This document shows, piece by piece, positions 55,083 to 64,000 of a DNA stretch of 64,000 bases. This DNA comes from Eledone cirrhosa (taxonomy: Eukaryota): NCBI GenBank assembly GCA_964016885.1, contig OZ024740.1, forward strand, positions 21,328,001 to 21,392,000, in the 5' to 3' direction. How positions within the stretch are numbered: the first letter of the stretch is position 1; each line of letters begins with the position of its first letter. The notes under the pieces were generated by a model. That model did no database searches and was not told the origin of the DNA. It was given only the letters and a program-made list of their open reading frames with translations. The position numbers and the translations under genes are program-made.

Positions 55083-55762
55083 GCAGATGGATAAATCTCC
55101 GGGTAACAAAATCATGTGGCAATTGGAAGAACGGAGATAAGGAAGATGAAAAATGTAAGAAGAAATGTAAAATGAAATGAAAGCTAAAGATTAAATGAAA
55201 ACCAAAACCTTGGAATAGATTTATTGGTCTCTATATTTCGGATCTTACATCCACCGGCAGGAGATTCCAAGGGAACTTCGAAGGTTTGTCGGAAAAGAAT
55301 CTACGTGGAATGTACCTGCCACCATCTTTTCCCCCACCTACCTACCACATCAACCAGAGCTACTACCAAAATGCAGAGAGACAACACTGGCGCGTGCCTG
55401 CGAACCCTTCCATACCTCATCCATCCTATGATTTAGAGGCGACTACTAACTTTAACGACCTCTGATTGACCGCGCCGATTTCATGTGCACGCGCCCGATT
55501 GGGAATATTCGTTGGCGTATTTCAATCAGTCTGACACCAATACTAGCAACAAACGGCCATGTAGATTATTTTCCGACAAACCTCCGACGTTCCTTCAGAA
55601 TGGATGTGAAATCCGAAATATGAGGGCCAATAAATATATTCCAATATAACTTCATCTCTGGTTTTCATTTCATCTTAGATTTCTTTTTACGTTTCTCTTC
55701 CTCTTTATCCCCTTTCTCCCTACTGCCACCTGATATTGTTACCCGTAGATGTATCCATCTGC
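55083..55762. mobile_element. old, diverged fold-back
   Basis: GCAGATGGATA..GGGTAACAA mirrored at ~55738-55762; GGTTTGTCGGAAAA mirrored at ~55569-55583. Confidence 0.65.
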
Positions 55763-55789
55763 TTTGTATAAGCTTCTAAAACGATCATT

Positions 55790-55843
<54 letters not shown>

Positions 55844-55844
55844 C

Positions 55845-55990
55845 AAATGGAAACTATATTTATAAAACCATATTTATTTTATTATACATATTTAAAGGGC
55901 CACCAAGGCAAATTATGGTGCGCTTTCATCAGATAAAATACAATACAGATTTGTTTTATAAATAAATATTGACATACCCTGAAAAAAGAC
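55845..55990 (-). mobile_element. solo terminal repeat related to 20620-20770, with a mutated hammerhead (GAAA to TAAA)
   Basis: AAATGGAAACTATATTTATAAAACCATATTTATTT is shared with 20631-20665. Confidence 0.75.
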
Positions 55991-56289
55991 AACCTTAACA
56001 GTTGGAGCTTCCTGGATAGTGGAGATATTACATTTATTGAGGGTGATAGAAAATTATGATTGAGTATGCATATTCAATCATGTAAATTACCTCTACGCAG
56101 ACCATACGATGTATGTCACTTGATATCACTTTTATTCCTTCACTCTCTATCCTGATTCTTTTTAAACTATGTAATTCAAACACATATATCTTACAATATC
56201 TAAACATTATCAATGTTTTGTGCTTTACTGTTTATTTATTACACACTATGTTACGATTTAATTTACATTACTGTACCTTTATTTTCCTT

Positions 56290-56700
56290 TTCATCCCACA
56301 TTCATATATCTTTTTTTATCCCACATTTATATATCTTTTTTATCCCACATTCATATATCTTTTTTATCCCACATTTATATATCTTTTTATCCCACATTCA
56401 TATATCTTTTTTATCCCACATTTATATATCTTTTTTTATCCCACATTCATATATCTTTTTATCCCACATTCATATATCTTTTTTTATCCCACATTCATAT
56501 ATCTTTTTTTTATCCCACATTCATATATCTTTTTTTATCCCACATTTATATATCTATTTTACCCCACATTCATATATCTTTTTTTTATCCCACATTTATA
56601 TATCATTTTATCCCACATTCATATATCTTTTTTTATCCTACATTTATATATCTTTTTTACCCCACATTCATATATTTTATTTTTATCCCACATTTATATA
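56290..56700. repeat. ~25-27-bp minisatellite
   Basis: Unit TCCCACATT(C/T)ATATATCT(T)nA. Confidence 0.92.
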
Positions 56701-56839
56701 TCGTATTTTCCTCCCATATGTATTTTCTCATACTTTATATCACTTATCCTTTGTCCCATAGTTTTTTCCATGACTACTAACGATAGAAATTCTCCTAATT
56801 ACACCTCTACCTCTTATTTTTCTCCCTTGGATTTTTTCC

Positions 56840-57093
56840 ATGTTACCCCCTGACTGCTGGCGGTGGGGGACTCCCCTAGTTGCTCTCGGAGTGTTAACCC
56901 CTGACTGCTGGCGGTGGGGACTCCCCTAGCTGCTCTCGGACATGTTAATCCCTGACTGCTGGCGGTGGGGACTCCCATAGCTGCTCTCGGAGATGTTAAC
57001 CCCTGACTGCTGGCGGTAGGGACTCCCCTAGCTGCTCTCGGACATGTTAACCCCTGACTGCCGGCGGTGGGGACCCCCATAGCTACTCTCGGA
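56840..57093. repeat. ~51-bp GC-rich tandem repeat, 5 copies
   Basis: Unit CATGTTAACCCCTGACTGCTGGCGGTGGGGACTCCCCTAGCTGCTCTCGGA. Confidence 0.92.
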
Positions 57094-57956
57094 GCACCTG
57101 AGTCTCCCCACCCTCGTTGAATGCTCGGGAAAAAGTAAATTCCCCTTTCTTCGGTATACCGTAATACTCGGAACGGTTGATGGACCTTTGGGCCCTGGGT
57201 CTCTTTCATCTCAGCGGATATTAAACTCCAAACCACACACACTCCTTATATGGTAGAGGAATAGACTACCTCACACCCCATAGGAATCTAACATTCAACA
57301 ACGCGGAGAACTCAAGACGGATAGAAACCTTTGCTTAGTTTAGCCTTAAATTATTTCGTTATTACGTCTCAACCTTTTCAATAGAATCATTAACATAACT
57401 GGTACCTGTAATATGGCCGGAGCTCGAACAATACATCCTTTTCCATACTTCATTAAATTCTTCAATTTAAAATTTTTTGAATTTTAAACTTTTAAATATT
57501 TTAATCTCTTATCTTAATTTTAATTTTAACTCCTTATTTCTTAAAATATACCTTAGTTTCCTAAATATTTAACCCTAAACTTCCCTTAGGTTATAAACTC
57601 ACAATTTCTTCTACTGTAATGTACTTATTTCACCCTGTAATTTTCTATTAACTTCAGAATGACCCCTGCAGAATCCCTTCTCTGTAACACGGCACTATCT
57701 ACACCTCACGTTTTTATTGACTGTTGTTAGACGTGGTTAACAGTAGACAATAAACACTGCAGCCCCTGTCCACATTGGAAAATAACACGACAGAGTAACC
57801 ACTCAGAGTGAATCCACCCGAGAACAGGGTACACAATTAGCTCGGAGTGAATCCACCCGAGAACAGGGTACACAATTAGCTCTGAGTCAAAAACTAAAAT
57901 AATTTTTTTTTTCATTCCCGTTTTTACTTTCTCTGTTTCTTTCTATTGTACAATTA

Positions 57957-58015
57957 TACACCTGATGATGTCACCGGATTCATACGTAACCTGACCACTG
58001 AAATGTGCATAGTAT
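57957..58015 (+). ncRNA. hammerhead-like motif
   Basis: TACAC-CTGATGA-TGTCA...TGACCACT-GAAA-TGTGCA-TA-GTAT. Confidence 0.5.
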
Positions 58016-58141
58016 TTGCAATAATAAAATCTAAAGGAATTCAACCTGTCCGGCCTCCTGTCGCTTTACCCTATAGTATAACAATATCTGTTTCAACACG
58101 CGTTTTCAGATAAGAAATCTTGCAAAACAAATTCAAAAACG

Positions 58142-58199
<58 letters not shown>

Positions 58200-58240
58200 G
58201 GAAGTAAGGTTCTATACAAAACAGTGGATATAGAGAAAAA

Positions 58241-58598
58241 GTGAAGTTGGAAATAGCACGGAAAATATATCTTAGGGTCTGCTTTTCTTTTTTTTTCCCC
58301 CCTTTCATTGATTCGTCAAAGTGACATTATTGAAAAAATGAGAGAGACAATTCGTTTAAAAAATATTTTATAATGTATATAAAGTATTACCGGTTTCGAT
58401 GTATTATTAAAATTCATCTTATCAAATGTTGAGTATTACAATTAAAAAGATTTGATCGGAATTGAAAACTAAAAATTAAAGATTTAAAATTAAGTGCTGG
58501 AGTAAATTTTTTTAAAAGAATTGTCCCTCTCATTTTTTCAATAATGTCAATTTGAACAGACCCTAAAATATATTGTTCGTGCTATTTCCAACTTCACC
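58241..58598. mobile_element. diverged fold-back with a U3-A8 hammerhead at 58384-58428 (minus)
   Basis: GTGAAGTTGGAAATAGCACG is mirrored; minus strand AT-TTGATAA-GATG...CATC-GAAA-CCGG-TA-AT. Confidence 0.7.
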
Positions 58599-58608
58599 GT
58601 CTCTCTCA

Positions 58609-58662
<54 letters not shown>

Positions 58663-58800
58663 GGGGTAACAGATTGGTGATCGAATAACGTGAAAACAAG
58701 CGGGTAGCGATCTCTAGACCTACCAGTTCAGAGAAACAATTGTCAGCAATGAGATTAAAAACCTTTATTGTATAGCAAACCGTGACACTCTTCTTTCCTG

Positions 58801-58836
<36 letters not shown>

Positions 58837-59440
58837 TTATAATAAAGAAAGGAGTGCGGGACTGCGTCCAAAGTAATCTTTTTTTTATCCCGTTTGAAAA
58901 TAAGTTGGATTACTTTGAATAAATAATGAATGAAGTTGGATTACTTTGATTAATAATGAATGAATATTACATAATTTATCTACTAAATTTCGTAACTCTT
59001 GATTAAATGTGAATGATTTTATTGCTTATTTTAAGATTCACTTCTTTAAAATTTTCAAATGTCAACACTTCCGGTTAGTGCCCGTTATATTATAACATCG
59101 CTTAAATAAACATTCATATATTTCCGTCATTAATTTTCTCCTAATGCAGTTTATATATAATATCGTCTTTTTTTAATGTACCATGGATTACGTTACTACG
59201 TTACTGATTACATAAGACAGTGTAACATAGACTTTGTTCAATTTCTGTGTATATTGTCAATTATGATTTTATTTGATGTATCATATCTATATGCATATAT
59301 ATTTGCGTATAATATCAATATGTACACCACACATGCTAGCAGAACAATCAGCCGCAGGGTGGTTTTTCTGCTAGTATAGTTAATAAAGGAAACAAAAATA
59401 CAGTTATATTAGGTTCACGCTTGGAGGAAACAGAGGAGTG

Positions 59441-59474
59441 TTCGACGTTTCGGACAGAAGTCCTTCATCAGGAA
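59441..59474 (-). ncRNA. minimal hammerhead, first of a tandem pair
   Basis: TTC-CTGATGA-A-GGAC-TTCT-GTCC-GAAA-CG-TC-GAA. Confidence 0.82.
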
Positions 59475-59498
59475 ATTTCGGCTAAGGAGATAACAGGT

Positions 59499-59533
<35 letters not shown>

Positions 59534-59621
59534 ATGAAAAATTGAACAGGGACAGAACAGAGAGGCAGTACGATAAATGTTTATTAAATTCACGCTCAGG
59601 AGAGTGGGGGGTAGGTGGAGG

Positions 59622-59653
59622 ACGACGTTTCGGGCATAAGCCCTTCTTCAGGT
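59622..59653 (-). ncRNA. minimal hammerhead, second of a tandem pair
   Basis: AC-CTGAAGA-A-GGGC-TTAT-GCCC-GAAA-CG-TC-GT. Confidence 0.8.
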
Positions 59654-59893
59654 GAGAGTTCAAAAGGTGTGTAGGGGAGTGGTGGAGAGACATATAGCGA
59701 AAGGAAACGGTGCGAATGAAAAATTAACAAATAGAGACAAAAATATAATAAATAATAAATAAAAATAAAGCATGATCAAAATACAAGGAATGAGAACATT
59801 TAAAAATAAAGGCATGATCAAAATAAACTGAAATTAAAAGGGGGGTAAACAGGTGGTGGAAGGGTGTGGGGTACATACATACATATATATATA

Positions 59894-59965
<72 letters not shown>

Positions 59966-59966
<1 letters not shown>

Positions 59967-60357
59967 GAGGGCAATCCCAAAAGTAAGGTTTCCTTCCAAT
60001 ATTGCAACTTTTCCGTTAAAGTCCTGTGGATGGTGCTTCGGGAAACCAAAGGAACCAAATGCAGAATGCATCCAGAGTGGTCCGCCGATCTTTACGCATG
60101 TTTTCCTCGGAAGGAGATCTTACTTTTGGGATTGCCCTCTATATAATAACTGCGCGAAATGAGCACTTGGCGGCAGCGTTAAACGGTAGCTCCATTCTCA
60201 AGGGCTGCCAAGCCAAGATTGAGCATCCCAGCGAAGCGCGCGCATGCTTGTTTGGGAGTGAAGGAAGCATCAATCCCAACAGTGTTGCCAACAGCCGTAC
60301 GAACAGTTTCCCTGCGAACCCATCGCTTTGGAGACCTTACTTTTGGGATTACCCTCG
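59966..60357. mobile_element. mariner-type MITE with a third, internal TIR
   Basis: TA-CGAGGGCAATCCCAAAAGTAAGG...CCTTACTTTTGGGATTACCCTCG-TA; extra TIR at ~60113-60140. Confidence 0.82.
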
Positions 60358-60496
<139 letters not shown>

Positions 60497-60524
60497 TTAT
60501 ATATATATATATATATATACATAC

Positions 60525-60610
<86 letters not shown>

Positions 60611-61226
60611 TTATATATATATATATATATATATACATAGCGGCGATGAATTAGTTTTGCGAGGTTTTTTATATGAAATCGTGTGTCGAAACAGATATTG
60701 TTATATTTGGGGAGGGTCATATTTGCGTAATATTGCCAGAATTAATAACAGAACACACTCACTGTTTGGTTGGTTTTCGCTTCTCGCTGTCTTTTATATA
60801 TATATATCTGCGATCTAACTTACTCGGTCCTCAATGTTGCCATTGACTGACCGGCGGTCAAAAATAATACAGATACAATATAGACAAACACATATATATA
60901 TAGTTTACATAATTTACATAAATCTTTCGTTGCACATCTGCAACATCGTCAGTGGTGTTATATTCATTGTTCCTCCTGTTGTGTTGTATGTCTACGCCAT
61001 TTTTTTTTTGTTCAGTCTGTCTATATATTTATTTATTTATTTGCTTGTTTGTTTATCTTATTTTATTTTGTCTTCTTTGCGCATGCGTTTGCGTGTGTGT
61101 ATAGTGTTATGTGTGATGTGTGACTAGTGTGTATAGTGTTGTGTCTGCTGGGTGACTAGTGTGTGTTTATGTGCTTGTGTATGTATTTATTTATCTTATT
61201 TTATTTTATTTAATTTACTTATTTAT

Positions 61227-62678
61227 TTATACTTCTCTTAGGTCAGTGTTGTTTGTTTGGGTGTTGTTGTTGTTCCACTCATTCTTTCTGTTTAGCTTTG
61301 GTCTTCTAATTTCTATTTCACTGGCCTCTCTGATTTGCCTATCTGCTGGGTCGTTCCTATGTTTAGATATTATTCTAATTTCTATGTTGTCTATGTTACC
61401 GTCATGTTGTTGTCTAGCATGTTCGTATAGTACTGACCCGTTTTTTCGTCCTTTTAGTTCCCCCCAGTGTTGGTCTATCCTTTCACCTATGCTACGAGCT
61501 GTCTCACCTATGTATGTTGTTGTCGTGTTTCTGCAAGTACCCTCTGTACATCTTATGCTATAGACTACGTTTCTAGTTTTACAGTTTATCCGGGGGTTCA
61601 CCTTACATATGATACATTTCCTATTGGTACAGTGGGTTTTCTTAAAAGGGTAGGTTTTGCTGATCAGGGATTTTATGGTGGTTCCTGGCTTTTCTACCAC
61701 CTTTATTTTTAAGTGGGTCTTTCTCAGGGCCTTTCTACACTGGTTAGCTAATTTCCCTCCAGGGGTGGCGTCCACAAACATGACACTCTGATATCTCTGG
61801 TTGTCGTACCATGATGTGGCCTTCCCTATCTTATGTCTAGCCCTATCTAAGCTATTCCATGATTTGCTCCTGTATAGTGGGCAAATTCCTTTCATGTCCA
61901 GTTCTATGAGGGTCTTATACTTTTCCATGGCTCCTTCGTATACTCTAACTCTGTCTCTTTGGTTGTAGCCAGAGAACTGCATGCGGTTGATGAAGTGTTG
62001 GATGTGTCCTTCCATTTCTGTTGGGTCGCACATGCTGGACACATTCTTCATCACTCGTACCAAATCTGCGATCAGAATATTAAACTTAGCACTACTGGAC
62101 ATTGCTGAGTTTTTGAGTATCAGGTATTTGGAGGCCATGGGTTTAGCATAGTGTGAGTGGAGAATTTGGGCTCTCTCGTCTATAGTGTTAATCCAGAGTT
62201 CTGTGTCTAATACAGGTAGTCTATTGTTAGGGTGTTTGGAAGGGAAGTCTATAGTTACAGTTATACTCTGGTGTATGGAATTAGCTATCTGCTGGATGCT
62301 TTCCATCGTGCTACGTTCTAAATCAAACTTGTTAGTGCTCTCTAGTGGGGGTGTTCTTATAACTATATTGATATCGTCTACATAACGAGAGTACATGATG
62401 AGGTCTATGGAGCTTTCATTAAGGAGATCTTTAAGTCTCCTTTCCCACCATACCATGAAAAGGTTGGCAACATCACCAGCTATGCTGACGCCGATGGCTG
62501 CTCCCTCATTTTGGGTGTAGATTTTCTCATTGAACTTAAATATGTGGCCCTTTAGGGTAGTTTTGATACTAGCCCCTATTGCATGTGCGACCATTTTTCT
62601 TACCTGATCAGTGTTTTGGGGGGCCCGTATAGCTTTGGTCCACCCAATCCACCTTCCTATGGGAGTCTTTTTAGCCAT
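61227..62678 (-). CDS. PLE RT (YVDD) plus GIY-YIG endonuclease, 5'-truncated
   Basis: GAAIGVSIAGDVANLFM, SRYVDDIN, LPVLDTELW, HYAKPMAS, NVVYSIRC, YIGETARS. Confidence 0.93.
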   Translation of the reverse strand: MAKKTPIGRWIGWTKAIRAPQNTDQVRKMVAHAIGASIKTTLKGHIFKFNEKIYTQNEGAAIGVSIAGDVANLFMVWWERRLKDLLNESSIDLIMYSRYVDDINIVIRTPPLESTNKFDLERSTMESIQQIANSIHQSITVTIDFPSKHPNNRLPVLDTELWINTIDERAQILHSHYAKPMASKYLILKNSAMSSSAKFNILIADLVRVMKNVSSMCDPTEMEGHIQHFINRMQFSGYNQRDRVRVYEGAMEKYKTLIELDMKGICPLYRSKSWNSLDRARHKIGKATSWYDNQRYQSVMFVDATPGGKLANQCRKALRKTHLKIKVVEKPGTTIKSLISKTYPFKKTHCTNRKCIICKVNPRINCKTRNVVYSIRCTEGTCRNTTTTYIGETARSIGERIDQHWGELKGRKNGSVLYEHARQQHDGNIDNIEIRIISKHRNDPADRQIREASEIEIRRPKLNRKNEWNNNNTQTNNTDLREV

Positions 62679-62841
62679 TGAGGTTATGGTGGGGGGTCTA
62701 CCTCTTATAGGTCTACTAGGGCAGAAACATCTAAGGTCATGGCTGTCTAGGTAGTCAGTGTCGTAGGTAAGTCTAAGTAGGAGGCCCAGTTCGTCTGTGT
62801 TTTAGCCGTTCAGCTTGTGTTTTGTTCAATAATATTATTGA

Positions 62842-64000
62842 ACAAAACACAAAACACAAGCTGAACGGCTAAAACACACAATAACAGTTAATATGAAAAG
62901 AACAACATACACAAAAGTCAACGCACTCTACAGACAAAAACGCATCAACGGTAAGGAAATCCGAAATCTCATCACAGCAAACGAGAGAGATGACTTCATG
63001 AGCGTCATCCGACGCGAAACGAAATATGCTCAAAACGAATGCTGTAGGCATTTCAAGAAGAAATTAGAATGGATGAATAAGAAAAAACTACAAGAAAGGA
63101 AAATCGAATATTCTCAAAAATACCCAGATAACATCGACAACATCCGTATGAGTGATGTAAAACTACCGGAAGAATTTACCAATGACTACACAGTAAATAT
63201 CTATGGGAACACTTTAATCAGTGAACAAGAACAACAAATCCTAAAGTTACCACCAAAATTTGCCATCTACAAAAAGATTAACCCTATGGAATGCAAAACG
63301 GAGCTGGAAAAGTGTTTCACAAAAATACGTTGGAATGCAAAGGTAAACAACAACAACAATAATAACGGTAGTAGTAATATAAACAATAACTCTGGGTATA
63401 GAAATAACAGCCATAACCATAACAATGGCAGGAAAGTGAGAAATAGTGATAATGGTAATAATACTAGCGATAGACAGAACAACAACAACCACAATAATAA
63501 TAATAATAGAAACGTTAACCACAGACACAGCAACAGTGACCACAGTAGTAATAACGGTAACAATACGAACAACAACAACAACAATAACCACAGTGGTAAT
63601 AATGGAAATAGTACATGTAGCAACATCAACAAAAACAAGAAACATAATAATAGTAACAACCACAATGGTAGAAATAGCAGTAACAACAACAACAATAACG
63701 GTGAAGTAAACAACAATACATCTAGCAATCATAATAATAATATTAATGCTAATGATAGAAACAACAACAACCACCATGATAACAATAATAGCAACACACA
63801 CAACTATGACGATAGAAATAACGACAACCCCTTAGAGAAACTATTTTTCAACCCAGCTGACAAAACATATAAGATGGGTAATATCTATCCTACGAGGTTA
63901 CCCTTTAATAAAAGAGTTTGCATACCACAGCAAATAGATGACGAGACGGAGGCACAGTTCACCATAGCTAGAAATAAGATTAGACAAGTAGTAGACAGGT
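62842..64000 (+). CDS. PLE polyprotein N-terminal region with an Asn-rich insert; open to the window end and absent from the ORF track
   Basis: Hand-translated frame with no stop (first ATG 62893): YGNTLISEQEQQILKLPPKFAIY..ELEKCFTKIRW, ~160 aa N/S/H-rich, then FNPADKTYKMGNIYPTRLPFNKRVCIP. Confidence 0.8.

Larger units (their letters stand above)
60639..64000. mobile_element. Penelope-like element family A, fold-back; right arm runs out of the window
   Basis: Minus arm 60639-62800; hairpin junction 62801-62873; plus arm begins in a PLE N-terminal region. Confidence 0.9.

Noticed and set aside
63247-63801. Hydrophobic membrane-protein ORFs on the minus strand
   Set aside because: Antisense shadows of the Asn-rich plus-strand PLE frame.

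Overview
AT-rich animal genomic DNA dense in (TA)n, (CA)n and (TACA)n microsatellites. The SINE complement suggests an octopus or other cephalopod, but that is inference. Host coding sequence is sparse: the last two coding exons of an MFS transporter (6261-6360 and 29811-29866, separated by a ~23.4 kb intron) and an uninterrupted 420-codon ORF with no family I recognise (51580-52842). Most of the rest is mobile DNA: seven large Penelope-like retroelement (PLE; RT plus GIY-YIG) insertions from at least three RT lineages, a decayed Helitron, an R4/Dong-like RLE fragment, mariner fragments and MITEs, and several SINE families. The most striking pattern is that the PLE insertions, and a dozen or so small non-coding derivatives, are tail-out fold-backs (inverted duplications of the element 3' end) sitting in (TA)n tracts. 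Most arms carry a minimal type I hammerhead ribozyme motif with a palindromic loop III. I found over 25 such motifs by eye, including a recurrent U3-A8 compensatory core variant, forms with ~90-nt stem II insertions, and a tandem pair. A ~50-copy 45-bp array has expanded from the Pol III A-box head of one SINE, inside that SINE's TSD. All calls were made by eye without alignment tools, so repeat boundaries are approximate.
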